A stretch of 64,000 nt of DNA from Candidatus Poribacteria bacterium (GCA_965215015.1 OZ244042.1:1-64000); one strand, 5' to 3'; numbered from the stretch's first letter, positions 50,251 to 60,894 are shown. The notes: generated by a model from the sequence alone, not told the origin. Numbers and translations are program-made.

Positions 50251-51168
50251 TCATTTTCCGTATTTGAACCGTGCAATCGCGCCCTGCTCTACTAATTCTG
50301 CGCGGGCGTAATGCGCGGGCATCTGAGGCGATTTCCATCGCCCGGCAACCTGCATATTCACAACAGACGCCCCGGCTTGGGCAAGCGAGACAGCAGAACC
50401 GATACGAAGGGAGTGTCCAGAAATCTTGCCTTCCACACCCGCCGCGCGTGCCCTACGCTTGATAACCTTCCTTACACCATCAATCGTTAGCCTGCCCCCA
50501 GTTATGTTATCACCCCGACGAATCCACCGAAAGAGTGGACCATCAGTGATATCCCCCGATTCACAATACCGCTTTATCGCCTCCCGCGTGGGATCCCCAA
50601 TATACAGCGTCACACCGAGGACGCCCGCCGTACCCGGGTGGGTCTTTGACTGATAAACCCTCAACGCACTATCAACATCCTCTACATCTACCGCGACCGC
50701 TTCACTAATGCGTAACAGACAGTCACTCATCAGTCGAATCAGGGCCGAATCTCTCAGTCCAGCAACGGTTTCCTCCGCTTCGGCAAGCGCACAGATTCTC
50801 TCTACTTCATCCCACGTTATGCCATCCATCTGTCCTCGGCCTCTGCCTTTGCCTTTACGTCGAATGCCGGCGAGTGCCTTTTCCGTAATCTCAAAGGAGA
50901 GCTCCTTTGCCCCCACGCTGTGATTCTTCACCATCCATTTGACTGCAGCAACGATTTTACTGATGGTCGATGGCGACCTTCCGTTTTGATACAACTCTGT
51001 GATATAGTTTGCGAGTAGGTTATCGCTCAGGGAATGTCCATCCAACCAAATTTCCAACTGTTGCATCGCGAGACGATACGTCTCGACGGTGCTCGGTGCA
51101 ACGCTCGCTTTGACTAATTCCTCCGTTTCGTCGCTGATAACGACCTGCTTCCAAGCTGATGCATTCAT
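50251..51168 (-). CDS. Cre-like tyrosine recombinase 2
   Basis: RDSALIRLMSDCLLRISEAVAV (identical stretch in recombinase 1), SKT, GHSLRIG, GRWKSPQMPAHYAR; RBS GGAGG. Confidence 0.92.
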   Translation of the reverse strand: MNASAWKQVVISDETEELVKASVAPSTVETYRLAMQQLEIWLDGHSLSDNLLANYITELYQNGRSPSTISKIVAAVKWMVKNHSVGAKELSFEITEKALAGIRRKGKGRGRGQMDGITWDEVERICALAEAEETVAGLRDSALIRLMSDCLLRISEAVAVDVEDVDSALRVYQSKTHPGTAGVLGVTLYIGDPTREAIKRYCESGDITDGPLFRWIRRGDNITGGRLTIDGVRKVIKRRARAAGVEGKISGHSLRIGSAVSLAQAGASVVNMQVAGRWKSPQMPAHYARAELVEQGAIARFKYGK

Positions 51169-51214
51169 GATTATCCCTCCATGACTAAGTTCCTAATCTC
51201 TCTGATAGTTCTAT

Positions 51215-51502
51215 AGAATCCTGATTCTGACAAGTTACACCTCAGCCTCCAAAATCATCGCCGCATTCTGTCTGAATCGGGATTTACTGGATTTTAGGAT
51301 TCACAGGATTGACTCTATCCATTGCCATTGGCTATCCTGAAAATCATTCCATCTTGAGAATCCTGATTCTGACAAGTTACACCTCAACCTCCAAAATCAT
51401 CGCGACATTTGTCTGAATCGGGATTTACTGGATTTTAGGATTCACAGGATTGACTCTATCCATTGCCATTGGCTATCCTGAAAATCCTTCCATCTTGAGA
51501 AT
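51215..51502. repeat. Tandem duplication of a ~142-bp unit built from inverted ATCCTGATTCTGACA / TGTCTGAATCGGGAT motifs
   Basis: Units start at 51215 and 51357 and are nearly identical. Confidence 0.92.
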
Positions 51503-52144
51503 AGCATTTCTATAGCGTCTTATCTGTTTCTGAAGCGAATCCTCTAACGGAATGCCAACGCATTCCCTAAAACTCATGCTTTGGAGATAACGATAAGAAC
51601 CGCTTTTTGGTTGATCCACTATATTTATTGTGTATAAGTAGTTACTAGCTTTTAACAAAACACAAGCGAGCAAAGACATTGTTCAAATTTTAGGAAAACG
51701 CCAGATCATATAGGGAGAAGGTTATCACACCTTTATGTGGTTTAGGGCACGCGACTCGTGCCGGCTCCTTTATGAGCCCCCCTCAGTTAGTTTTCGGTCA
51801 TGGGATCTGCTTATGCCAGTTGTCCAGGCCGTCTTTTATCCGTGTCCTCCGTCAATCGGTGCTTATCCGTGATTCAGACAATAATATAGGAGAATTAAAG
51901 GACCCTATTTTTACCGCTTTTTCGCTTGATTGGTGTTATTAATCTTGATATAATATCCACAACCGAACACTTTAGAATACATAGCAGCCAATATAAGAAG
52001 GCTGCTGTTAAGAAATTGTGCAACAGACCGTGAGCTTTCAAGAAAAAACTCGGGCTCTCTTCGCGCCATGTACTCTCTTTAAGCCTTACGCAGCTGATAC
52101 CAAGCAAAGGCCTCAGAAAAACTATCTATAAGGAGACACTCCCT

Positions 52145-55100
52145 ATGTTTAAGCATCATTTCATTTCCGATTCGATGGGAATTTGCAAACAACGGCAGCA
52201 CCTCATCACACTTATTAGTCTATTGATGTGCATCGTAGGTTATCAAAATGTATACCCCCAACAACAGATTGCCCAAGATGCCTACGCTATTTTTCAACAG
52301 AGCTGCCTCATCTGCCATGGACCCGACGGTGCCTATCGAGAGACACTCCTAATGGAACACAACTCACTCATCGAAAACGGGACAGTGGTCCCCGGAAACC
52401 CCAATGCCTCCGAACTGTATAACCGGCTCCTGACGACTGAGATAGCCAAACGGATGCCCCTTGGACAACCCCGGCTATCCACTCAAGCGATTGCCACCAT
52501 CCGAAACTGGATATTCGCTGGCGCACCCGATTGGGCGGCAACCCCCGCAGCCGATAGACGCTTTATCTCTCCCGGTGAAATACTCAATACCATCGAGACT
52601 CACGTCATGTCGCTGGCACCGTTTGACCGTGCCTTTGCCCGGTACTTCACAATGACACACCTCTATAACGCAGGTGAGACCACGCGAGCTCTTGACAGCT
52701 ATCGTAACGGCCTCTCGAAACTGGTCAATAGCCTCTCATGGGGGAGTACCGTCACCAACCCCCAACCCATTGACCGACAAGGCACCATCCTCTACATTGA
52801 CCTGCGACACTACGAGTGGGATCGCAATGATGGGTGGGGGCAGATAGAAGCGGCATATCCCTATCACATCGGGTTTGATGCACCGACACAGACCGCGCTA
52901 CGGGCCCAACTGACCCGGTTACAGACGGCGATGAAGTCTGATATACCATCGGTTCATGTCGACTGGTTTATAGCACAAGCCTCTTTACCTCCACTCTACC
53001 ATGATTTACTCTCTCTCCCCTTAACGGATAAAGAGTTAGAGACCCGATTAGAAGTCGATGTTGTCCGTAACCTGCAAAATGCACCGGGGGTGCGTGTCTG
53101 GCGGGCCGGCACCAACAATTCAGGTGTCTCCAATCACAACCGAGTGATAGAACGCCACACCTCTCGCTATGGTGCCTATTGGAAAAGTTACGACTTTGGG
53201 GGGAGTGTGGGTACACAGAACATCTTCACCCATCCCCTGTCATTCACCCATGATGGTGGTGAGGTTATCTTCAACCTACCCAACGGGTTACAGGGATACT
53301 ACCTTGCCAATGGGGCCGGTTTTCGCCTAAATGAGGCACCGATAAACATTGTTTCTAATCCCGCAGCGAGTGATCCGACGGTGCGGAATGGTTTATCCTG
53401 TTTCGGTTGCCACACAGAGGGTATGAAGCCATTTGAGGACCAAGTCCGTTCGGTGATAGCGAATAATACCGCTCCCACTTATGACAAAGCGCAGGCGTTG
53501 CGGCTCTACGTGGCAAAATCAGAGATGAACGCGCTTGTGGGTGAAGATATGAATAGGTACAGGGTTGCCCTTGAAGCGACGGGCGGGGCGTTTGATGACA
53601 TTGAACCCATCTCCCGTTTCCACGAGGCATTTCAGGAGGAGGTAGACACAGCACACGCCGCAGCCGCGGTTGGGTTAGAGCCGGAGGCGTTCTTGGAAAA
53701 GATACGTGAGAATATAGGGCTACAGGATATCGGCTTGCTGGTGTTAGACAGTGAGGCTGGAAGTATGAAACGGGACACCTGGACATCGAGTTTTCGGGAT
53801 ATAGTTTTTGCGTTGGATTTCCCGGAGCGTTTCACCCCTCCCACGGCGATAACCCCGCCGGTAGTGACACCGGGTACGGTTGTGTATATCCCGGACCCAA
53901 ACCTGCGTGCGGCAATAGCGGAGGCACTGGACAAGAGCCCCAATGCTCCGATTACTGCCGAGGAGATGGCAAAGTTGAGCAGGCTCGATGTGCCGCGCAG
54001 GGGCATCCGTGATTTGACAGGGCTGCAGTATGCAACCAATCTGACACGGTTAAATATTAACGACAATCAGGTCTCCGACATCTCACCGCTAGCGGGCTTG
54101 ATCGAACTGCGCGAGCTCCGGATTCACGACAACGACAACCTCTTGTCCGATATATCGCCTGTGAGAGGCTTAACCAATCTCACTTATCTTCAGTTTGACC
54201 GCTCTACAGTCTCTGATATATCTCCCGTGAGAGGCTTAACCAATCTTACTTACCTTGAGTTTGACAACACTTTGGTATCCGATATATCTCCCGTGAGAGG
54301 CTTAACAAATCTCATTACCCTTAAGTTTGGTCACACTTCGGTATCCGATATATCTCCGGTGAGGAACTTAACAAATCTCACTCGCCTTGAGTTTGAGCAC
54401 ACTTTGGTATCTAACCTATTGCCAATTGCGAGATTAATCAATCTGGAGCGGTTACATTTGGGAAGTGATAATATCTCCGACCTGTCGCCGGTTTCAGGAT
54501 TAATCAACCTCAAACACATTAGTGGTGGTTGGGGCAGCTCTATATCCGATTTATCGCCCTTGGCAGGCTTAACAAAACTGGAGCAGATACATATGCACGG
54601 CGGAAAGATATCAGATCTCACGCCTTTAGCAGGCCTAACCGGCTTGAAGGAACTGCATTTTCGGGACAACGACATATCGAATCTCGCCCCCCTCGCAGGG
54701 TTAACACAGCTAACTCGTCTGCAGCTCGCGAACAACAATATATCGGATCTCTCCCCCCTTGCAGGGTTAACCAACTTGAAATGGCTAGTGATCCATGACA
54801 ACGAGATTTCTGACATTTCTCCGCTGCAGGGACTCCGCGAGAATATAACGACGTTCGTTTGGCATGACAACCCGGGATTCCCAAAAGTGGGACCGTCAAT
54901 CGAGGGGCCGTGGTTATGGGTTGTATTACCGGAAACAAGACCGAGTAGCAGTAAGGATTTACTGTCAGAAGTGAGCGGGGGGGCGGTAACAGAGACGGAG
55001 ATTGCTACCCATGGGGCAACCGTGGGAAGTTCTGTAGGTGATGATGTATGGACCTACCGCACACTCCCGCCTACGGGCTGGGCTAATGTTCGCCAAATGC

Positions 55101-56416
55101 TTGACGGCCACATCGATGGTGCCAGCCTCTACGGCACGGTGTCCTTGCATTCACCACGACAACAGGACACAACACTATACGTTGGCAGTCATAACGATTT
55201 TAAGGTCTGGCTCAACGGGACTTTGATTTACGAGTCTCTCCGTTACCATGCGAGTTTCGGTTACACGGATTCTCTGCCGGTCACGCTGAAGCAGGGAAGA
55301 AATGTGCTATTGGTAGCCGTTAGAGCCCAGTATAATGCCTTTTTTGGGTTTGAACCCGGCACCGAATATACTGTGGCGAACCCCGGTGTCGGATACACTT
55401 TTTCCAAGACACCCATTCATATAGGCGATACCTTTACCCTTAATCTTCGCGCCGAAACGGTCTCCGACTTGGCAGGCTGGCAGTTCGATATTGCCTTTGA
55501 CCCGGCTGCCCTCGAAGCCATTGACGTCAGCGAAGGCAATTTCCTGAAGGCAGATGGGGGCTCCACCTTCTTTCAGGGTAGGAGCATCGATAACGCGACA
55601 GGTAAAATCTCAGGACTCAGTGCGGCGCGATTGGCTGCCCAAGGTGTAAATGGCACCGGCACCCTGCTGCAGGTCAGGTTCAGGGCGAAATCTGCCGGTG
55701 AAACAGAGTTGGTGCTGCAAAACTTTCAGTTTGGCTCCATCACCGGCGATACTATCCCTGCAGGACCGCGTCAAATTCGCATCGCTGTCGAGGGACGCCT
55801 GGCGACCGGGGACGTGAATCGAGATGGTGTGGTCAGCATTTTGGATCTCATTCTCGTCGCACAGCAGTTGGGGAAAAAGGTGGCCCCCAACTCACCGGTA
55901 GATGTCAACCGAGATGGTGTTGTCAGCATCCTTGACCTTATCGGCATCGCGCAGGGGATCGGGAACACCACAGCACCTGCCGCCCCGGCACCCTCCTCAC
56001 TGGAGGTAAATCCTGAGACCATAGCGGCATGGATTGCACAGGCACAGGTGGCAGATGACGGTTCCCTTGCCTTCAAACAGGGTATCGCAAATCTCCAAAA
56101 CCTGTTAGCCGCGTTGATTCCTGAAGAGACTGCGTTGTTGGCAAACTATCCGAATCCGTTTAACCCGGAGACGTGGATACCGTATCAGTTGGCAACCCCT
56201 GCGGAAGTTACATTGACCATCTATGATAGGAACGGGGAGGTCGTTCGCCGGTTAGCCGTGGGACATCGAGGCGCGGGTATGTATCAGAGTCAAAACCGTG
56301 CGCTATATTGGGACGGACGGAATCAGCTGGGTGAACCTGTCGCCAGTGGCCTCTATTTTTACACACTGACAGCAGGCACATTCACGGGGACGCGGCGGAT
56401 GTTGATACTCAAATAA
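52145..56416 (+). CDS. Secreted multidomain protein: two CxxCH haem motifs, internalin-like LRRs, beta-sandwich, cohesin-like, dockerin-like and T9SS-type C-terminal domain
   Basis: CLICH, CFGCH, IPDPNLRAAI cap, ~13 22-aa LRRs, DLAGWQFDIAFDP, DVNRDGVVSILDL twice, ANYPNPFNPETWIPYQL..TRRMLILK. Confidence 0.88.
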   Translation: MFKHHFISDSMGICKQRQHLITLISLLMCIVGYQNVYPQQQIAQDAYAIFQQSCLICHGPDGAYRETLLMEHNSLIENGTVVPGNPNASELYNRLLTTEIAKRMPLGQPRLSTQAIATIRNWIFAGAPDWAATPAADRRFISPGEILNTIETHVMSLAPFDRAFARYFTMTHLYNAGETTRALDSYRNGLSKLVNSLSWGSTVTNPQPIDRQGTILYIDLRHYEWDRNDGWGQIEAAYPYHIGFDAPTQTALRAQLTRLQTAMKSDIPSVHVDWFIAQASLPPLYHDLLSLPLTDKELETRLEVDVVRNLQNAPGVRVWRAGTNNSGVSNHNRVIERHTSRYGAYWKSYDFGGSVGTQNIFTHPLSFTHDGGEVIFNLPNGLQGYYLANGAGFRLNEAPINIVSNPAASDPTVRNGLSCFGCHTEGMKPFEDQVRSVIANNTAPTYDKAQALRLYVAKSEMNALVGEDMNRYRVALEATGGAFDDIEPISRFHEAFQEEVDTAHAAAAVGLEPEAFLEKIRENIGLQDIGLLVLDSEAGSMKRDTWTSSFRDIVFALDFPERFTPPTAITPPVVTPGTVVYIPDPNLRAAIAEALDKSPNAPITAEEMAKLSRLDVPRRGIRDLTGLQYATNLTRLNINDNQVSDISPLAGLIELRELRIHDNDNLLSDISPVRGLTNLTYLQFDRSTVSDISPVRGLTNLTYLEFDNTLVSDISPVRGLTNLITLKFGHTSVSDISPVRNLTNLTRLEFEHTLVSNLLPIARLINLERLHLGSDNISDLSPVSGLINLKHISGGWGSSISDLSPLAGLTKLEQIHMHGGKISDLTPLAGLTGLKELHFRDNDISNLAPLAGLTQLTRLQLANNNISDLSPLAGLTNLKWLVIHDNEISDISPLQGLRENITTFVWHDNPGFPKVGPSIEGPWLWVVLPETRPSSSKDLLSEVSGGAVTETEIATHGATVGSSVGDDVWTYRTLPPTGWANVRQMLDGHIDGASLYGTVSLHSPRQQDTTLYVGSHNDFKVWLNGTLIYESLRYHASFGYTDSLPVTLKQGRNVLLVAVRAQYNAFFGFEPGTEYTVANPGVGYTFSKTPIHIGDTFTLNLRAETVSDLAGWQFDIAFDPAALEAIDVSEGNFLKADGGSTFFQGRSIDNATGKISGLSAARLAAQGVNGTGTLLQVRFRAKSAGETELVLQNFQFGSITGDTIPAGPRQIRIAVEGRLATGDVNRDGVVSILDLILVAQQLGKKVAPNSPVDVNRDGVVSILDLIGIAQGIGNTTAPAAPAPSSLEVNPETIAAWIAQAQVADDGSLAFKQGIANLQNLLAALIPEETALLANYPNPFNPETWIPYQLATPAEVTLTIYDRNGEVVRRLAVGHRGAGMYQSQNRALYWDGRNQLGEPVASGLYFYTLTAGTFTGTRRMLILK
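54146..54410 (+). repeat. Four near-identical 66-bp LRR-coding units
   Basis: TC(C/T)GATATATC.CC.GTGAG..CTTAAC.AATCT at 54146, 54212, 54278 and 54344. Confidence 0.85.
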
Positions 56417-56502
56417 ACCAGATGGGCTTGTTTCACTTTAGCCATACGGAAATTGCTGTGGAACTATTGTATGTAGGTCGATTTGCCAAAATCGACAATC
56501 CC

Positions 56503-56935
56503 TATCGGGGATTCACGGTTTCATCGGAAGAAGAACCAAGAAACGAAACAGCAACCTTCCCTGACGAAAGGAAAGACGGGAAGCCAGTTCTCTCGCTTTC
56601 TTTTTTTCCGCTCCCCTTCCCCCTGCTTGCGGGGGGACTGAGGGGGGTCCGTCTTATAGAATACCAGAACCCAATGAGTGGATAGGAGCTTTTCTCTGAA
56701 TTTAACGCAAAATCGCCCCCCCGCAAGGAGGAGGGGGCACCAGTCCCGATGCTGTTGCCCTCTAAAGGGAATGCTTACCGCATCGGGGATTCACGGTTTC
56801 ATCGGGAGAAGACCCAAGAAACGAAACCGGAACCTGCCCTGACGAAAGGAAAGACGGGAAGCCGGTTCCCTCGTTTTCTTTTTTTTCGTTCCCCTTCCCC
56901 CTGCTTGCGGGGGGACTGAGGGGGGTCCGTCTTTA
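56503..56935. repeat. Two copies of a ~155-bp REP-containing dispersed repeat
   Basis: ATCGGGGATTCACGGTTTCATCGG..CCCCTGCTTGCGGGGGGACTGAGGGGGGTCCGTCTT at ~56503 and ~56781. Confidence 0.9.
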
Positions 56936-57022
56936 TTTCTGTTGGTCGTCGTGCTATAATGAAAGTATTGAAATTTGGTTTCTAAACCGATTTGATGCCC
57001 CAAACGCAGAAAGGGAATTAGA

Positions 57023-57430
57023 ATGGCTATCTTTTTACACACGCGCGTTAGAGTGAGCAATCTCGATCAATCAATCAAATGGTATTGCGACCACTTAGGT
57101 TTTGTTGTAAAAAGTCGAAGCGATAAATCTCCAGCAGGCAACCAGATCGTCCATCTGGAACTTCCGGGTAACGTACCGACGCTGGAGTTGACCTATTCGC
57201 CCGACTATAAACTAAATGTTCCAGAAGATCTGATGCACTTTGCTATCAGTGTGCCGAATCTCGTTGACTGTTGTGACACATTGGAGAAGGCGGGACTTGA
57301 AATTTGGCCCGATGGCTGGCGAGAACAGTTCACATCGGGAGGCATGAAGATGGCATTCATCACCGATCCAGACGGTTACGAAGTTGAACTGCTGGAAGAT
57401 ATCGATGAGATTCTGGCAGAGTTGGAATAG
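57023..57430 (+). CDS. VOC/glyoxalase family protein (lactoylglutathione lyase-like)
   Basis: FLHTRVRVSNLDQSI, LELTY, HFAI, AFITDPDGYEVEL. Confidence 0.9.
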   Translation: MAIFLHTRVRVSNLDQSIKWYCDHLGFVVKSRSDKSPAGNQIVHLELPGNVPTLELTYSPDYKLNVPEDLMHFAISVPNLVDCCDTLEKAGLEIWPDGWREQFTSGGMKMAFITDPDGYEVELLEDIDEILAELE

Positions 57431-57535
57431 CTAAACGCACCCAAAAAGCTGGAATCTGTCCGCCCGACCATTCCTATTGAACCTTTGGTGATAGTTGGTG
57501 AGGGTGTCGTTATCGTTCAAGAGTTCATTAGTACA

Positions 57536-57675
57536 TAGGAGTTACGCACCTGAGTTTGTGGTAACGCCATTCAACCCACGTCTTTAAGGGTTACGGTATA
57601 CAGAGTATACCGTAACCCTCCTGCCCCCGCTGAGCCCCCTAACCCCCAACCCCCCGCAAGCGGGGGAAGGGGGGA
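57536..57675. repeat. TAGGAGTTACGC-family MITE fragment with REP hairpins
   Basis: Homologous to 41161 and 59192; hairpin GGGTTACGGTATAC-AGA-GTATACCGTAACCC. Confidence 0.75.
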
Positions 57676-57727
57676 TAATGAACCAATGAGCAAATGGTTT
57701 TCCCGTTTCACCTGGTTATTGAGGCCT

Positions 57728-59035
57728 CTACTCCTCCTGATAGACCTCCTTGAGTTGTGTGGTGGTGATAAACCCCAGCAATCCCATCCCGATGGCAACG
57801 GCGAACATTCCTGCATAGTTTACAAGTCCGATGAGTTGCCCCGCGAGCATTGGCATAAAGCTGAACGGAAAGAGGATTGTGTTTATAAAACCGACATAGC
57901 TTGGACGATTCAAGCTTGGTGCAATATTTAGCAGATACGCCATGAACCCTATCGACGAACCGCTCATTGATGCGCCGTTGAAGACAAACGTCAGAAAATA
58001 GCACGGCACCTGCCACGCCGTCGGCAAGTATTTCACCAAAATCGCAACCAACGGTGATGCACATCCCAATGCCGAGGTGCAACTGAGGATGTATCGCACA
58101 CCATATCTCTCCCCTAGGTAACCCCACAGTGCATTTGACATGACACCGCTGATGGAGACAACGGCGAGAAACGTTCCAATCGTTGCGTCCGGCACTTCCA
58201 ATTTGAGCAAGGCGTAAGGGACATAAAAAGGGGTGCACATCCCGGCGACGGTGGTACACATTCGATAGTAAAAGAACCAGCGATAATTCCGATCTGTCTG
58301 AAAGAAGTGTGGTCCCTGCTTCAGGTGCTGTCCAAGCGGTTGACGCGCACTTTGGACGGGACGGATGGGCTCGCGGAGCTGCAGAAAAGTCGTAAGCGAC
58401 AACGCAATAGCTACCCCCGCGCACCCGAAAAGGAGCGCATAATTCGTTGGGAATACCAATCCGGATTCAGGGTTTAAGATATATCGGATAAAGAAAAAAC
58501 CGATGAACACACCGAAGAACCCACCCATCAACTGGCGCAAACTGAAATATCGGGATCGCCGCTGCGGTTCAATGGATTTGGAAATAATATCCATATACGG
58601 AAGCGTGGAAACCCCCATCGCCGAAGATCTGATGAAATAACAGCAGAGAAAGCACGCGGCAAGTAACCCGTTGTTTCCAGAACCGACCAAAAGGGTGCAG
58701 ACGACCATTGTGATCCATGCGAGCAGTCGAAAGCTCATACCGAGGACATAGAAGGGCATCTTGCGTGGACGGTGTTCTAGCAGATTCGAGATCAGGAGTT
58801 GGGGCCACATCCAACCGGCTCGCGTCATCGAACCGGTCAAACCGACAAGCGTGTTTGAGGAAGTGAGTTTTAAAATAAAGGCAGGGAGAACCGTTGTTGA
58901 GTCTGCAAACGCAAAAGAAATTCGTATGAATGTGCCTTGAAGCACAGCAATCCAAAAATTACGGTTCTGTTCCCGTTCCCTGTCTGTTTCCTGTTGATGC
59001 TCGGACTCCGATGTGTTCGTCAGGGCAGCTTTCAT
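57728..59035 (-). CDS. MFS transporter
   Basis: ~12 hydrophobic segments, WGYLGERYGVR loop motif. Confidence 0.9.
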   Translation of the reverse strand: MKAALTNTSESEHQQETDREREQNRNFWIAVLQGTFIRISFAFADSTTVLPAFILKLTSSNTLVGLTGSMTRAGWMWPQLLISNLLEHRPRKMPFYVLGMSFRLLAWITMVVCTLLVGSGNNGLLAACFLCCYFIRSSAMGVSTLPYMDIISKSIEPQRRSRYFSLRQLMGGFFGVFIGFFFIRYILNPESGLVFPTNYALLFGCAGVAIALSLTTFLQLREPIRPVQSARQPLGQHLKQGPHFFQTDRNYRWFFYYRMCTTVAGMCTPFYVPYALLKLEVPDATIGTFLAVVSISGVMSNALWGYLGERYGVRYILSCTSALGCASPLVAILVKYLPTAWQVPCYFLTFVFNGASMSGSSIGFMAYLLNIAPSLNRPSYVGFINTILFPFSFMPMLAGQLIGLVNYAGMFAVAIGMGLLGFITTTQLKEVYQEE

Positions 59036-59074
59036 AGTCAGTTTCGTTTTCCCTCTACACCTCTATCGAACCTT

Positions 59075-59114
59075 GCTGACAAGACTCCATGCCTTTAGGC
59101 TAGGGACAGCTGGT
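59075..59114 (-). mobile_element. Degenerate IS200/IS605 end in the 5' UTR of the MFS gene
   Basis: Minus strand CCAGCTGTCCCTAGCCTAAAGGCATGGAGTCTTGTCAGC resembles GTCAACCACCCAACCCTAAAGGGTAGGGCTTGTCAAC at 29989. Confidence 0.5.
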
Positions 59115-59191
59115 TAGGTATCACCTAACATTATAGTCAGTCGAAGTGCGTTGATATATAAAAACTGGTGAATTTATAAGTAAAATAGAGT

Positions 59192-59745
59192 TAGGAGCTC
59201 CACACTTGAGTTTGTAGTAACGCCATTCGACCCACGTCTTTAAGGGAGTCAGCATACAGAGTATGCCATCCCCCCCTTCCCCCGCTAAATACCCTGTGGG
59301 TTGTCCGTCAGTTCCTGGCTCATTGAGTCTACCCCCCTCAATCCCCCCGAAAGCAGGGGGAGACAGAACCACCCCCCTCAATCCCCCCGCAAGCAGGGGG
59401 AACGTATCGGTAGTTGGCACCTCTTTGCCCCTCCCCGCTTGCGGGGAGCTCTGTTCCGCCACGCTTACGGCCTCTTCCCCTCCCTGCTTGCGGGGAGGGG
59501 CTAGGGGTGGGGTTCTTAGGGGGACACCCCACCGGGTTGCGGCCCCGCTTGCGCCCTTCCCCCTGCTAAACACCCTGTAGGTTGTCCGTCAGTTCCTGGC
59601 TCATTGAGTCTACCCCCCTCAATCCCCCCGAAAGCAGGGCGAAGAGATACCGTATCGGTATTTGGCACTTCTTTTCCCATCACCCCTTGCAGCCTCTTCC
59701 CCTCCCTGCTCGCGGGGAGGGGCTAGGGGTGGGGTTCTTGCGGTT
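59192..59745. repeat. Composite MITE/REP cluster with a ~280-bp internal duplication
   Basis: ACCCTGT.GGTTGTCCGTCAGTTCCTGGCTCATTGAGTCTACCCCCCTCAATCCCCCCGAAAGCAGGG at ~59290 and ~59572; GGGGCTAGGGGTGGGGTTCTT twice. Confidence 0.85.
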
Positions 59746-59805
59746 TATGAATCTCGACTTACAGCGTTTGCAGAATCGGCGACAGTAAAATGCCAACACG
59801 GCATA

Positions 59806-60894
59806 TCAAGTCCGGGGGCTATACCTAGGTTGTCGAGGGGCACGGTCTCGCAGGAGCCGAATCGGACGCCCCTGCAGCGGCAATTCGACCCGTGCCCCAC
59901 CACAAAGATGTGATTCGATGGTTGCAAAGATTAGCTCTGTGCCAGCGTGTGCAACCCGCACCCCGCCGCGTGGTGGCTCGCCGGTGTCAAGTGAATGGAC
60001 GAGATCTTCCACGAGTCGTAGGTTGGGACTGGCTGGTTCGTAGTCGGGAAACGCTGCGTCCACAACCGTCGGCTGCCCCCGGTAACCCGGTGGCCCCTCT
60101 GCTCGCATTCGATACACGCTGTTGGGCAAGGCGGTCAAACTCCCTTTTTCACAGTTGACTTCCCACTCAATTTCACGGCTAGGGGTTACAGCATACGCTG
60201 TCATGTTGTTCTCAAAATGAATAACCCCGTGCCCAACCGGGTCCTCGGTCAATCGGTCCCCGTCAACCTGCCAATTGCCCTCCCTCAGATGCGCTTGCAC
60301 CCAAACTGCACGGCGGTCACTATTTAGGAACAACAGGTTATCATAGTAATGACTGGCTCCATTAAACAGCGTGCTACCGTTGAAGATAATCGTCTTTGGG
60401 GCACCAAGTTTGCCGCTGTCGATGATTTCCTTCATTTTAGTGAAGCCGGGATGCCACCGCCGTTGGGTGCCGAGGTTAAAGAAGACACCGTTCCGCTCGC
60501 AGGTTTCAACCATTGCATCAGCTTCTGCCATTGACGCTGCCATCGCCTTCTCAGCATAGATTGCTTTGGCACTGTGCTCGGCGGCATAGATGACGATTTC
60601 AGCACGATGCTCCGGCTGTGTAGCGACACTGACAATGTCGGGCCGCTCTTTGTCAATCAATTCTTTGTAGTTGGTGTACTGTTTTTCTTTTGGGATATTA
60701 TACTGCACTCCAACTTCAGCCATGACCTCTGGACGGAGGTCTGAGCACGCAATCAGGTCTGTTCTATCGCAGGCGGTAAATACTGCCGTGTGCGAATAGG
60801 GAGGCACATGCCCTGGTGCCCCAACAACCTCATTGTCGATGAACGCTCCCATGCGGCTGCATCCGATAACCGCTGCTCGATATGTCTTCAACAT
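59806..60894 (-). CDS. Gfo/Idh/MocA family oxidoreductase
   Basis: AAVIGCSRMG, DIVSVAT, IYAEKAMA; likely start MLKTY within ORF 59806..60912. Confidence 0.88.
   Translation of the reverse strand: MLKTYRAAVIGCSRMGAFIDNEVVGAPGHVPPYSHTAVFTACDRTDLIACSDLRPEVMAEVGVQYNIPKEKQYTNYKELIDKERPDIVSVATQPEHRAEIVIYAAEHSAKAIYAEKAMAASMAEADAMVETCERNGVFFNLGTQRRWHPGFTKMKEIIDSGKLGAPKTIIFNGSTLFNGASHYYDNLLFLNSDRRAVWVQAHLREGNWQVDGDRLTEDPVGHGVIHFENNMTAYAVTPSREIEWEVNCEKGSLTALPNSVYRMRAEGPPGYRGQPTVVDAAFPDYEPASPNLRLVEDLVHSLDTGEPPRGGVRVAHAGTELIFATIESHLCGGARVELPLQGRPIRLLRDRAPRQPRYSPRT

Noticed and set aside
51215-51502. Repeat-spacer array next to recombinase 2
   Set aside because: The intervening sequences are also duplicated, so it is a simple tandem duplication
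51473-51679. Second RHH-like gene upstream of recombinase 2
   Set aside because: Only a weak FREC..L.K.I.RYR resemblance to 8044..8250, no clear RBS, and it runs into the repeat
54146-54410. Diversity-generating retroelement TR/VR pair
   Set aside because: No reverse transcriptase in the window; differences are not adenine-specific; the repeats are ordinary LRR units
56422-59913. Short ORFs with PLSPPASRG / LAGGLRG peptides
   Set aside because: These are translations of REP repeats
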